A model generated the notes under the pieces. That model made no database searches. It had not been told where the DNA came from and saw only the letters and a list, made by a program, of their open reading frames with translations. 64,000 nt of DNA, from assembly GCA_013265495.1 (NCBI GenBank), contig MU057377.1, forward strand, positions 1 to 64,000. The letters run 5' to 3'. Source of the stretch: Vicugna vicugna (taxonomy: Eukaryota). Made by a program: the position numbers and the translations under genes. This document shows, in pieces, positions 13,071-26,598 of this stretch. Numbering within the stretch: the stretch's first letter is position 1; every line of letters starts with the position of its first letter.

Positions 13071-15280
13071 CACACAAATTTAATAGGATATATCACAATT
13101 GATTGGTCCATAAATATTTAGGGGAAATAGTTTCTATACAATGCATTTATCAATAAACAAAGAAACATGGACAATTCTGCTAGACCACTTACTGTACTAT
13201 AAACACGAAGCTCAAGATATAAGAGTATTGAATTTCTCAACTATATTGGAAAGAGTGCACAGCTGCTTTCTATGACACGTTTGTCCTCTCTAACAGGTAC
13301 ACCATAAAAAGAGTTTCAGAAATAAGAGGTAAACCAGTACAAAACTAGTGAGGTGTCAAAAGGGCTTAAAACAGTTAATTTAACAAACAACACATATATC
13401 CTGATTTTTCACAAACTTACTTCCAAGTTATATCATAAGGCACGTAGGAGAACTGAGTTATAATCAGTCTACTTAATAAAGTAGATCTATAGTACCATAT
13501 ATTGTTCTGTCAAAGAACAAAATTTATAAGTATCAATATTTTACCTGTAAAAGTGTATTAATAAGATCTCAGCCTTACGAAGGTTGTTTGGTCTGGTTAG
13601 TGGTAAATGCCCAAAATGTAATAGAAATATGAAAAGTCAAGATTTAAGCTCCACAGAAGATGATAACCACACTTGCTAAATATATAATGGCAAACACACC
13701 TTTCTTCTGTTACAGTGTTAACTTATCTTCCATCATCTTTTTTTTTTTAAAAAATAAGCTACTTTCTGTGCTAATTTTCTAAAGACCCTGAGCAAAAGTT
13801 ACAATAATGCACTTTAATGTGGGCAGTGAACCGTCAATATGTAACCACACATTTATACAGCCAGAAGGACACCTTTAAAATCTATTAAATAGCCACTTCG
13901 ACCGCCGGAGGAGATTTAAGGGGTCCAAAAAGTGGGGAATATGTGCAAAGTTATTCTTAACAATCCACTAAAGCAAGACATTTATCTTGACTTCTTTTTT
14001 ATTTTTTATTTTTTATTTTTTTAGGAAATCCACAATCTAATTGGTATTTAACTACAACAGAAGCGTATAGATGAACATTCACCACTGCCCAGACCATTAA
14101 GATTTTAGCTTCAATTAAAAGGAAAAAAAAATGCTACTGTAAACTAGGAAATATATTCAGATCCGCATCCACGAGGCTTCTGAGTTTATCTAAGTTTAAA
14201 ACTAATAACTTCAAATCTCTGATGTCAGAAAAGGGTTTGTTTTTTCCTGACAAATATATCAACCTGTGTCAAAGTAAAAGGAAGCAAAACAAAACCAAAA
14301 TAAAACGTTCACTGTTAGTGTTAGTCTAAGTTCTTTTTAATATTATTCATATGGAATGCCAGGTACAATGTCATGGTACAGCGGAAGCCAATTAAAAGCT
14401 ATTAATTAAACTATACTGATTTTTTAACTTCTTAAAAAATTATATTTTGCTTATTTCCATTTTCCCTGGGGAAAAAAAACAATTTAGAAAGAACGGTTTT
14501 GTAACTATCACTTTTAGCTTGAGAAGGTTAAAGGTATAGAATTTCAAATTCTATTTGGAATTTTCATGGATACACAGGAGTTTTGAGTATTTTTCAGATG
14601 TTAAAAAGCAAATCATTAAAAATGTTTTGCTGAGATGTACATCTCTAAGAGAAAAAAATCATATTCCTGGAATAGATTTCCCACCTAATTAGTATTTAGA
14701 TTTACTACAGTTAATATTTTTGCTTAGTCATATTCCTCATTTGTAACAAAAAGAAGTGATCAACACATTTTTTTCAGTTTTAAAATTTTAAAAAAGCAAT
14801 GTGAAGTTTTCCAGATTCCGTCAGTTCACATACAATTGCAAGATCTGAAAAAATAACTTTAATCAATGTTTGGATTCTTTATCAACCTAATTATTTAACT
14901 GTGAACATGACTTTTTTTACCCATCGTAATACCACTCTTTTTTTTTTTTCCTTTGAGATTCTGGAAATAAGAAACATACAATTTTAAGAGGCACTTATTA
15001 GATTCCAAAACTCCCCTTACCGACTGAAAGATCTAATTAAATTTAAAAGAAAAAAAATCCAAATACACTTTGTAGACACCTCCCCCCCAAAAAAACACTT
15101 CGTAAAGGAGACAATACTGTAAACTCATTCGCCAAGTGGCTGCAGATGCTACACACCAAGCTTGTTGTTTTTATTTCCCAAGTATCTTGTGGGTTAGGGA
15201 AAAAAAATAGTCTCGTAAATAATAAAATAATTCGAATAATAATAAAAAGAAGAGGAAGAATTAAAAAAAAAAAACCAATG

Positions 15281-15538
15281 TTAGAAAAGGTTCGTTAAGG
15301 TAGTTTGTGAGGGGCTTCCGGATTCGTGGCTGTCCATGTTAGAGGTCACGGCTGTCACTACAGTGATAGTGGGATTGGTCAGGTCTGTTAAAGTGGTCGC
15401 AGTGCCGGGTGGACTGAGAGCGCCGCTGTCTGCTGAGGGCGGGGCGGGCAGCGAAGGGCCATCGGCTTTATCAACACCCCCGTTCTCCTGCCGCAAAAGG
15501 TTCCTTCTGAATTTGGCTCGTGCGTTTTGGAACCAAAC
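15281..15538 (-). CDS. LHX9: LHX9 coding exon 5 (homeodomain recognition helix VWFQNARAK and C-terminus)
   Basis: Acceptor TTGCAG|GTT; ends SPSQTTLTNLF-TAA at 15281. Confidence 0.98.
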   Translation of the reverse strand, partial: VWFQNARAKFRRNLLRQENGGVDKADGPSLPAPPSADSGALSPPGTATTLTDLTNPTITVVTAVTSNMDSHESGSPSQTTLTNLF

Positions 15539-16741
15539 CTGCAAACCAATCCCAATGTATTTCTTTACCGATGTTTATTTTTAGACTTCTTTCTCGCTCT
15601 TTCTCGCTCTTTCTTTCTTTCTTTTCTTTTTTTTCTTTTCTTTTTGGGATATATGTTTCTCTTTTTAAATATAATTATTTGCTTGGGCGAGAGGTGCTTT
15701 TTTTTTTGCTTTCTTTTAAAACAGTCATTTCAGTACTATTACAGGGAGCCTGTCACCTGCACGTGGGCTCCCCTCCCCCAACATCAGTAAGTGCCACTGG
15801 GGGCCACGGATGTCTATGTGGAGATACCATGGAAAAACGAAGGCGCAGAGAGAACGAGGGGAAAATACAGCCTGATTCCTCAACAGCTGTCTTTTGAGAA
15901 TGAGGACCAGCGAGGTCCTGGAAAGTTTCACAAAGTAAGAATCACTCATGTGAAATGAACATCACTGAAACAGACTTCATGCTATTCTGGAGTCTGACAC
16001 GTGGCAAGTACTCCTTGCAAAGGAAATACCTCCAGGGCCACAGACTCCAAGCAACCTGAGACTGACTGGTGGGCGGAGTTTAAAAGCCTGCTGTTTGTCA
16101 CCGGGAAGTGACCCACAGCAACCCACTACCATTTCGTTAGTTGGGCATTCTTACCACGGTGAGTTTAGGAAAGCCATCGGACAGCAGATCTCACTCCCAG
16201 CATTTAGCTGTTAAATGGGGTTTGTTAAAATGGAAAAATACTGGCTCCAGTTGGTTGCCAAGACCCTGACCCTACCTGTGGCTTTTCAGGAGTTGAGGGA
16301 AAGGGTCGACTTGAATTTGAAACCTCATAATACGCAGTGAGGCTGCCAGAGTTGGTGAAGTCAGACAGCACCGGCGGGTTCCCCACCCACCCAAGTCTTT
16401 GCACTGAGCCTAACGCGAACGGAAGTCTGCAAAGCCACAGCTCGTCAGACAACGTCCCCCCAACGTTTGCAGAGCAGTGAGAGGAGCTGAGCTGGCTTTG
16501 ATGGACCCAAAGCCTCCCATCTGTCGGGAGAATGTGGCTGCATTTTAAAGGACCCTGGGTCTCTCTTTGGGCACTCTCCGGGAAGCCCCTGAAAAGTCTC
16601 AGGACGCTCTCTAGGGAGGTCACTAAGGGAAAGCAGCCAGAAGCAGTGCAGGAAAGTATCTGCAGCACTCCGAACCGGGAGAACTGTTTTCACAGCAAGG
16701 GGAGGTGAATGAACGCACAGCTGACGATGGAGGTTTCTTAC

Positions 16742-16944
16742 CTGCAGAACTCTCTTGGTCAGGCCTGTTTTCTGAGCAAGCTGCTTGAGGTCCTTGGCAT
16801 CCGGGTTGTGGTTGATGGCAAAGTAGGATTTCATGGTCCGCAGCTGGTGGTGCTTGAAGGAGGTGCGCATGCGCTTGGTCTTCTGCGAGGGCGGGTAAGG
16901 CTGCTGATCCCGGTCCAGGTGGTCCGCCTCGTTCTCGTTACAAC
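16742..16944 (-). CDS. LHX9: LHX9 coding exon 4 (homeodomain N-arm and helices 1-2)
   Basis: Acceptor CAACAG|GT; encodes KRMRTSFKHHQLRTMKSYFAINHNPDAKDLKQLAQKTGLTKRVLQ; donor CAG|GTAAGA; 203 nt. Confidence 0.98.
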
Positions 16945-18331
16945 CTGTTGCAGTGACAGTGGACAAACAAGAGCTCAGTGGAAAGTCTTGCGTTAGCTGA
17001 AAAGATGGCAGGTGGCACAATGATGCTCTGACAAGACAGAAACTAGGGGAAATGCTGTCGACCCAGTTGTGAGCGGGATCCGGACAAAAGAAAGAAGTTA
17101 ATTGCCAAAGTCCATCAAGCTAGTCTGTTAATGTGGACATAACCGAAATTTACCTAGTAGAAGAATACTAGATAAATCCTCTCTTTTGCTTAATGGTTGC
17201 TAGAAAAACTTGAAAAAATGAATAAGCTGTTAAGTGTCAGAGTGAGAGAAATCTCAAGAGTAGGAAAAAAAAACTTTCCTAATATATTTATGGATATCAG
17301 CACATCACCCCTCCATATACACAGTTTTGAGAGACTCCACATTTTGTCCTTATTTGTGAAATGAGGTATCCTCTCTGAAAGTATTGCTTTTTTGTCTTGC
17401 GGGGTATGCAAACAAGTAATTTCAGCTTTCTCTCAAATCTGAAAGTTGCAGAGAGACACACTCCTGCCCCTCAAAGGAAGAGTGTAAGTCAGTTCCAGTT
17501 TTTAGCCTTTTCTGCTATTCCTGGAATCTTTTCCATCAGGAAAAAGTTAAAAAGTGGCTGCAGGAGGGGGAAAAGTTACAAAACAAAAAATTTGCAGGAG
17601 TCTTATGTAACCATAAGAATATTATTTTTAAGGGCTTTTAGCTATGACTGGTTCCCATAGGGCTAAGCAGGGTGAAAACCATTTTCCCTTGAGCTATTTT
17701 AATGCTTATTTCTGAAAGAGAAGGAGCCCAGACTTGTCTTCACTCGTTTAGTGCCCGAGTACTCCCCGCAGCTCACAGCTCAGAGGCACTGCGTCCAGGC
17801 TCAGATCTTGGCCCTTTCTGCTCTGGCGGGGGTGTGGGCTGTGCCACTGACTGGGGGGCCAGGAGGAGGGTGGCATCTCCACCCCCACTGTGCAGCCCCC
17901 TTAGCCCTGAAGGCCAAACAACCCAGCCTTTGAAGCCAGCCTGGAAGTCATTGTCCCCAGGATGTGGAGATGTGCATTTGAAAGGTCACCTCCAGTAACC
18001 TACTGGCTCTGCATAGGAAATATGATTACAAAATGAAACTGTTTTGCTAAATATTTACTGATTCAGCCAACTTCACAACTTAAAGGGCATGGCAATTTTG
18101 TCCCGTAAAATCTTACTTCAGATGTTTATCTGATGTACATTCAGACTGCTCATCTTGCATTTTAGTGCATTGTAATGGAATATCTAAAATCAACCTGATG
18201 GGTCCCTGGGGGAGGGGTAACTTGGATCTCAAAGAAAGTGAGCCATCTCTTACTATTAGCTCTTCCCTTTTGCTTGATTAAATATTTGCCTGCTATGCTG
18301 TGGTTAGAATTACTTTTTAAAAACCCTTGCA

Positions 18332-18460
18332 GGGGGAAGGGTATGGCTCAAGAGGTAGAGCATGTGCTTGGCATGCAGGAGGTCCTGGGTTCAATCCCCA
18401 GCACCTCCTCTAAAAAATAAATAAATAAACCTAATTACCTTCCCCTGCCAAAAAAAAAAA
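18332..18460 (+). mobile_element. tRNA-derived SINE (Vic-1-like, camelid) in LHX9 intron 3
   Basis: A box (tggctcaagaggtagag), B box (gggttcaatccc), aaataaataaacctaattacc tail; flanking aaaacc(c)ttgcag repeat. Confidence 0.85.
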
Positions 18461-19788
18461 CCTTGCAGTAGATCAGTATATATACAGAAAAACAGTAGTT
18501 TTATAGTCCTCAACAGGAGGTCAGCTGCATCACAAAAATCCACTTAACAAGAAATTCTCCCTAATAACAAGACTAGGCACAAACTAATGTCTCCTTTGTT
18601 TATATTTCCATAAATTCCACAAGGAGGGCACACTTGGCCAAAGAGCAGGTGCGTTCATTAAGGGGAAGACTAAATCCTATTCACCACTGGGTCCCCTAAG
18701 CCAGAAACAGGGCCAGGAGCTCAACAAACATTCAGTCAAGATTTTGAATCTTTGTTCATCCATAAAATCATGAGCGACTATTAATGCAAAATCAAATAAA
18801 CTTCAAATGGAATGCAAGAGAGAGAGATGCATCCAAATGCTGAACAAAGACTTCTTAAACTCCACCAGAAAGGGTGACAGGTACCCAGAAGTAGGAGAGA
18901 GAATATGCTTTACATTTTATGCCCTTGCATCCCCGTGGAGAGATGTCAAGTTCAAATATTCTACAGAATTGCACTCTCATAGCCTCAAATGGATGAAATG
19001 GCATCTTATGGCCTGCTATAAACTGTGCTTATCTCCAGTAAACTGAGCTGCATCTCACAACCAGATTATAGATGGAGCCACACCAAAACAGTCAAAGAGG
19101 CACACCTGAGTCACTGGAGTCTTCTTCAAATAAGATTTCAGTCCTATCACAGCTGAGTAACATGTAACCCTTCCTGAACCGTATATTAAATTTAATGTTA
19201 CACTTGAGGTAAAAGATTTAATTGGGTACTGAAAAATGCCCTTAGCCATCCCCCAACAACAAGTTAATATTTCTTAAGAAATGAGCATGATTCCTAACTT
19301 CACTATATACTCATTAGTCTTTAAAATGAAGTTTATGGAAAGTAATTACAGGGAGTTTTGATAAATTTGCTTTTCTGAATATGCATTCTATATCCATTAT
19401 AGATATTTCTATATTTCATTATAGATGAAAAACTCAGCAGAGAATTTCAGCTTATGGGACTGGTCTTTACATAGAATACAATTCAGTGTGTACAAAGATT
19501 GTTAGCACTTTATTAAACGGATATTAAGATAAACAGATAAACCATGCAATCAGTTATATGATGCAACTTGATAGAGCAATCTGTATCGTCTGCAGAGTAA
19601 CTGAGTGTGTTATCCTAAATTACTTATGTTTAACTACAAATGCATTATGTAAACTTGCAAGTGACTGTGGTTCCCCAGAGTCTACTTTTAAAGATGTAGG
19701 ATTTTCCCCAAAAATTATGAGACAAAATGATAAACTGTCTTAAACAGACACCTGTAAGTACACATCTGGCATTATAAAGTTAATGAGA

Positions 19789-19895
19789 AAAATATGAAAA
19801 TGAATATATGTATGTATATGCATGACTGGGACACCGTGCTGCACACAAGAAATCGACACATTGTAACTGACAGCACTTCAATCAAAAATAAATAA
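19789..19895 (+). mobile_element. Very short LINE-1 3' end insertion with 15-bp target-site duplication
   Basis: ataaagttaatgaga occurs at 19774-19788 and 19896-19910, flanking the L1 terminal sequence. Confidence 0.85.
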
Positions 19896-22800
19896 ATAAA
19901 GTTAATGAGAAGATCTAAGTATCTTTTTCTCTGGTCACTTGTGAAGTGGTCCCCTACACTGAAGTGAGTTTCTGTTCTGAAGCTGTGTAACCTTCTGAGA
20001 ACTGATCCCTGAGAGACCACTAGGGGTCAGTGCCAGGCTAATTTAACAACTACCAGGAGCTTTTGAAGTTTGGAAGCGAAGAAAAGAACCTGAGGGAAAT
20101 TTTGAGAAGCGGCAAAAATTCAGGTTCTCAATCAGTGCTAAATTACCCAGACAAGAGCTGCCTGTCCTGGACGAAACCTTTTCACCCTGGAGGGCTTTGC
20201 TTCAATACCACATTCCAAATAAACTTTCCACGTCTCTTTCTAAAATATCTGCCTAAAATCTCTGCACAAAGAGAGAGAAGCTAAATTAGGAATATTCTCA
20301 TTTAAAGGCATGTGCCTCATATCAAGTGCTAACTGATCTTTGCCAAATTTTACATCTCCGGAACTCTGAATCACAAACATATTTCGTGTACACGTTTTTG
20401 AAAACACGTCCATGTGTAAATTATATTTGTTTCGTATCATTATTCTTTTCTGAGACTAGTTTACATTTAAGCAGAGACAGCAATCGAAGATCCAGAGAAA
20501 GTTAAAATAGGGAGCTAAACCTGTGGGTCCATTTTCTTCTCTGCCCTTTAACATGTTTTTAATTCACTGAAACATTTCCTTGGCGAGTTTTCTAATAGCA
20601 AGTTGGTATTTGATTCATAAACTCTTTTTAGATGGTGGGTTGATTTCTGGTCGGGCATCTCTAACCCAGTTTCTCTAGATTATTTTCACCTGATGTTAAA
20701 GAAATATATGCTATTTACTCATATCTCTGGGCAAAAGTCCAGAGAGGATAGGGTGGCCGTTAGCTAAGAGACCCCGGCTCTGCAGTGGTGACGTGCGAAC
20801 TCCCTGGGGGGAGGAAGGCCTTGGCAACTTTTCCCTCCTTGACGAACAAGAGCCTTGTAGCAGCAGTAATTTACAAACTAAAGATCTAAGTGGAAAGAGA
20901 TTTTCATTCTTTTTAAGAAATAAATTTGTACTCTCTATTTCTCCTCGGAGAAGCAGGAATAGCAACATTTTATTGTCCTTCAGTCTCCTCAGATCTTTCT
21001 AACATAAAGTAAGATCCAAGGTGAAACCAAATTTAACTAATTAGGTTAAACAAACAAGCATAAAACTCGGCTTGCGGCGTTTGGCTAGAAGTCTCCCCAC
21101 ACTTCTGGACCTTCCTGGGCTGAGGGCCTCTCTGCAAGGACTGGCTGTTTTCTCTCTCTCTCTCTAATTAGGGCCTTGGTGAGTGGCAGAGATTCCAATG
21201 CCATCTTCTATTAATGAAGAACAATTAGTGCCCTGCCCGGCCTGCCCTGGGGACCACGCATCAAAGGAGCCCAAGTAAGCACACTGGGAAACGTGGCCCT
21301 GCACCAGAGCCCCTGCCAGGGCACAGCAGGGGCGAGTGCGAGGCCCTGACCCCGGGCGGGGGGTTGGCAAAACCGGGGGATGCGCCTGCCGGGTGACACA
21401 AACCCATCCGGGTGGGGTCTGCAGCCAGCCAGCAGCCCTCTTCCTCTGTCTAGTGACCGGGGCATGAACTCCCTCGGACAAGTGCAGGGTCCTCACTCTC
21501 TTTAGGTCCCCATCCATGGAGTCTTTTCTGTGAAATTGGCTGGAGAACCCAGGAGGGAGCTGAGGGGAGGGCTGGGCTGAGCTGCTCAGCCTGCAGGGCT
21601 CCCCTGAAAGCTGTTGGCTCCCAGGTGGACTCTGAGTTCCAGATCATTCACAGTGGCTGTGTGACCTTGAGCACATCATTTATCTGGCAGGACAGGGTTC
21701 CTTTACCATTGGGCAACAGCAGGCTGGGTCCCCACATCAGATACTTGGGGACCAGAGGGAAAAACAGTCAATATCGATGCTCTGGGACTCCCACCTTTGG
21801 CTGGTATCTGGGTGCCCCAAGTAACAGAGTGGGGTTGTCGCCATGAGGTCCCTAAGGTTCTTTCCAGCAGAAGGGACTCCTCTAGCCTGAGCCTCCTGCC
21901 TGCTGAGATGCCAGCCTGGGTTGGACCAGGACACAGGAAGTCAGAGCCAGGAAACCAGTCCTTAGGTTTCTGAAAAGTCAGCCCAGGGCATTCTGAAACC
22001 TCCTTTCCCAGTGGGTAGGACTCCTAAGAAGAGTTTCCATCCTGCTTGGAGTTAGACTGTGGTCCTCAGGGTCTGTCACCATCCTCACCTGACGGGTGGC
22101 TGGGGTGGGAGCAGGCTGCCCCCAGTGGGAGATCGGTGAGTGAGAGATTGACAAGTGATAGGTGCGCCCCTCAAAGCAAGGAAGAAAGCATGCTCTCGCC
22201 TGTTGCTTGCATTTTGTTTTAATTAAGAGAGGAGGCTGGCGGGGGACAGCCTGGGACACCACTAAGCCTCTCGGAGGCCCTGACCTGGAGGCTCTCCCAG
22301 TCTTCTGGGCGGTCTGGGAGTCGGGACGGTTTATCACACAGGGGTGAGTTGGCTGGACCAGTCCCCTGACCCATGGCACGGGCAGGCCAGCTCAGCCGTG
22401 GAGAGTGACTCCCGCCCCGCAAGCTGCTTTTGCCAAGATCAGGGATTTGGTTTTTCAACACTCTTGCCAACTGTTCCCCTGATTAACTCTGGGCTGGTGA
22501 CCACAGCCTCTGCCCCCTCTAGACAGGCTGGGGTTGGGCTCTGAAGATTTCTTTTCTTTTCTTTTTTCTTCCGTATTTAGGAAAACCTCCTTCAGGATCT
22601 ATAATTTGGCCTCCACACAGGAATTGCCCTGGGGCTATTTTGCTCCAACTGAGAGCCAGAAACTAATGGGCTCATTAACTAACAGGCAGCAAGGAGTTGG
22701 CGCTGCCTGTTTGGGGGAAGTCACTGTAGCCCATGGTTATGAATGTGTTTTTTGCCACAAACTAAAGAAAGGTCTTTCCCCTTCTCCCTCACCCTCCCTC

Positions 22801-22992
22801 CTCCGCCTCTTCACTCCTCTCTCTTTCCACTCTCTATCTTTCCTTCTTTCTGAGTGAAAGGGAGTGAGAAAGGGGACATGCTAAGGAATGCACCCTCTTG
22901 CAGCCAGGTCTTGGACAGGGAAGGAGCTGAGTGGACTTCGCCTGGGCAGAGAAGGCGGGGGCTGCGGGGGGGGGGGAGCGGTGTGTGCCCAC

Positions 22993-23348
22993 CTGAGTTG
23001 TAATTGACGATGTCCACTCCCAGCGCTGGGCTCTTCCGCTTCCGGGGCCGCCCCTTCTGCACGGTGCCCGTGCCGTTGAAGTAAGGCAGGGCCAAGCCGC
23101 CGCTCTTGGCCGCCAGCTCGGTGTAGCTCAGCTGTGGAGGGTACTCCCCTTGCAAGAGGGTCTCGAAGTGGGCGCGGCAGTACACCAGGCTGTCCTTCAT
23201 GCCAAAATGGTCACCCGTGGTCAGGGTCTTGTTGCAGGTGGAGCAGGTGAAACAGCTCAAGTGGTAGACGGAGTCTCGGGCGCGCATTACCATCTCGGAG
23301 GCGGAGATGCCAAGGTGGCAGCGGGCACATCTCTGCACAGAGAACCTT
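22993..23348 (-). CDS. LHX9: LHX9 coding exon 3 (LIM domain 2 and basic KGRPRKRK segment)
   Basis: Acceptor TTCCAG|A; encodes CARC...YHLSCFTCSTC...YCRAH; donor G|GTGGGC; 356 nt; phases agree with the neighbouring exons. Confidence 0.98.
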
Positions 23349-24463
23349 CTGGAAGGAAACAGTCGAGTCAGGGCGTTGGTGGAGGCAAAGACAACTGGGT
23401 CTTGGTCAGCAGTGGCCCAAGACTGAGACCTGGGAGGGGTCCCGGAGGGGGAGACCTGTGCCCACCTGGACATCAATTTGATTTGCCTATTGACCTGCTC
23501 TGGTGAACAAGACAAAGAACCCTTACATTAAAATCAGAAGACGCAGGGAACTGATCCTCAATTTTCTTCTCTGTAAAGTGAAAATTTTCAAAAGCAACTC
23601 CCCCATAAAACTCTGCCCTGGCTAACTCACAAAACTATGTTAAAAATATTACATCGCGATGCCAAGTGAAAACGTTCCCTCGATTACAGAACATACAAAC
23701 GAAGGGTGCTGTAATTATTTATGGAAGTGTGAGTGTGCGTGAAAGCATTCGGACAGACAGAGCCTTGGCGGGGGGCAGTTTTGCAGAGGAAAGCGCGTTC
23801 ATTTTTTTAACCACTTCTGTGTCTGCGGCGGAGAGCGGAGCTGGGTCACCTGCACGTAGCTCCCGTTCCCAATCGAGAAACAGAACTGGGAAGAACTAAC
23901 AAACACGCGACCACAGTTTGCTCTCCGGCGTCTGGCGTGTGGCGGGCAGGTTCGAACCAGCGGCAAGGGCAAATCTGAAGAGCGGCCTGGGCTTTGGCAA
24001 CGGGAATTATTCCTTCCATGGTCACTTACTCGATTTCCCGCCACCCTCGCGAAAACCTGAAAACCAGTTGCTGGTGCCCTGGCCACCGGTTCAGTTCCAA
24101 GGCACCGGCCTTGCCCAGTTCGTAGTAAACGGAAAACAAAACCGCTTTAGTCTCGGTGGACGGAGACGCGTTCGTTTACCCTCCCGCGATTTCCCCAGTT
24201 CCCTCAGCTGAGCTGCCAAGGGCCGCCAGTGAAGGACAGTCACTGATCCTTGCTCTAGACCTGGGGTGCGCCCTCCCCGCCCATCCTCACCGCGCATCTC
24301 GGGGAGGGGGCTGCAGCTTGAAGGCTTACGCGGTGGACTTCCCCGGTCTGGGGACTTGCAACCGTACCACCGATGGGGCAAGGGGCGGTGAACAGGGAGG
24401 GGACTCGGGGGCTTGGGCAGGTGGCCCCACCAAGTGTGCCGTAAGTGGTAAGGATGGAAATAC

Positions 24464-24666
24464 CTGTAGTAATCCTCCTTGCAGTAAATGCTACCGTCCT
24501 TGGCGAAGCAGGTGAGCTCGGACTCGAGGGCCAGCTTACATTCACAGCACTTCAGGCACCTCAGGTGCCACTGCTTGTCCACCGCCAGCAGGTAGTACCT
24601 GTCGGCGATCTTGCCCCCGCAGCCGGCGCACAGAGCGGGCTTCTCCGGGCTCAGCGGGGGCATGCC
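24464..24666 (-). CDS. LHX9: LHX9 coding exon 2 (LIM domain 1)
   Basis: Acceptor TTGCAG|GGC; encodes CAGC...WHLRCLKCCEC...YCKED LIM zinc fingers; donor AG|GTATTT; 203 nt. Confidence 0.98.
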
Positions 24667-26598
24667 CTGCAAGGAAGCACGCGCACGGTCAGCGGGGCGC
24701 GGGGCCGCCCCACGCGGGTCCCCCCAGCGCAGCGCGGGTCCTCCGCGCCAGCGAGCATCGCAAGGTCAGGGCCACTGCGCAAAGGCAAACGTCGGGGGAA
24801 CGTTGGCTGTTTCTCCCTCTTCGACTCTCACCCTCTCTGCCGCATCTGCCTGAACCCGGCGTTCGTGTCCTCCTGGGACTTAACCTAAAGACAGGCCGGC
24901 CACCTCGAGCCTTTTTTAAAAGGCTAGGAGCTCATAGGCTAGAGTTTGGTGGATGTTCCCGAATTCGAATAATTAAAAGCTAAAAGTCGTGGCTTTCAAC
25001 GCACACGAAATAAAAACAACGGAGATTGTCACTGGAGAGTGGAAAGGAGATCTGAACAAGCATGTATTGTTTTTAAACAAACGCTATTACATTTCTATTG
25101 CTCTAAATTCTTACAAGCAACGTTGAAATTGAAAGGAGAGGTTTTTACACTTGTATTCATAATTCAGTCAACATTGTTTTGATCGGGTTGTATTTGGCAG
25201 ATCTTGCTAGTTTCAGGGATTTTGGCCCTTTTCCTGGTAAGTGTGTGCAGTCCCTGTTCCCGGGGACAGTCCGTTGTCACGATCCCCTCCGCATAGTCCC
25301 TCTTTCCCTGACATCGCTATACGCAGGAGATCTTTGTCCTGAAAATCTGTTTAATGCCCAAATTAAGCTTCCCTCCTGCGTCGCCACGAGGCGCGAGGAT
25401 GGGGAAACCTCCCCATAACAAGCGCAGCCCCGCGGTGAAATTCGGGTTTGGATTACTGCTTTTTGTTTTTAAACAGAATAGCCACAAAGGGGGGGGGAGC
25501 TTAACCGCTGGACATTTCCCTCAGGACTAGCAGGAATGGGTTGGACTTCCCCCACAGAACTCTGGCGGCCTGGAAAAGTAGAGTCTCCCCCTGTGATCGG
25601 ACGGGGCCTCCGCACTGAATTCGTGTTGCAAACGTAGAAGCGCCCACCGACTCGCTACTTGTGGACACAAGACACCACTGACCCGCCCGGGGCCGCCTGC
25701 CGGGTTAGTTTGAACTACGGTTCCCGGGCGATGCCTGAGGATCTACTCGGCTCTGTTTGGCTGAAATCATTTCCGGAGACCTTTGCAGTATTACCCCTCC
25801 GGCTCGTTAAGTGGGAAAGGCAAGCACATAGATTATTAGTTGGTTTTCTTTATTAAGCAGGCATGGTTTTTGTTCTTATGAATAGTAGTAACAGAGGTGG
25901 TCGATGACAGCGTTTAGGGTTAGAAAGTTCTCGCGCTTTGGGTGGGTGCCCCGCTTCTCCGGATTTTCTATTAGATTGCCCTGCACGCTACAGCCACCCG
26001 GCCCGGGAGCTGAGCGCGGTCCTGTCTCACTCAGGGGCCGAGCCAGGCGGTCGGAGACCCGGGAAATCGCGATGTTTGGAGGTTCTGCGTCCCGAGCGTC
26101 CGGAGAACTGGAGGGAGCCCCATCGGTCCTAGTCGGTTCCAAAGGTCCGGCCACCAGACCCAGAGACTAGAGGCACCGGGCTTCAGCCCGGCCCGGACGC
26201 TCGGCCTCGTGCCGGGAGCCCACTGCCCGCACCCAGCTCGCCCTCGGGCCGCAGATCCTCGGCGGGGAGGCGCCGGGAGCCCAGCCGGCCCGAAGACTGA
26301 AGCCTGAGGTCTGCAGAAGAGGATCGCCGCATCCTCCCGCGCCGGGCTCTCCCTGCTTTCCCGGGACCAGCTGCGGCAGAGGATAGCGAGCTCGGGGTAT
26401 CAGCAGTGCAGACAATTCAAGGTAGAAAGGGGCCGTTTCTTACCTCGCAGACTGGCAGACGGGAGATAACCCACCCGCCCGTCTGGAGCGGACGCCCCTA
26501 CGACCCGCCATCCTCGCTCGGCCGGCCCGGGAGGCTCGCCTCGGCTTCCCAGCGCGCGCGCGGGCGCCCGGCCACCGCCGCCGCGGGCCCTTCCTTAC

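Noticed and set aside
16445..16741. Open frame continuing from LHX9 exon 4 into intron 4
   Set aside because: A strong donor is present at 16741 and the extension resembles nothing I recognise; no evidence for intron retention.
18332..18410. tRNA-like A and B boxes
   Set aside because: Part of a SINE with a tail and target-site duplication, not a tRNA gene.
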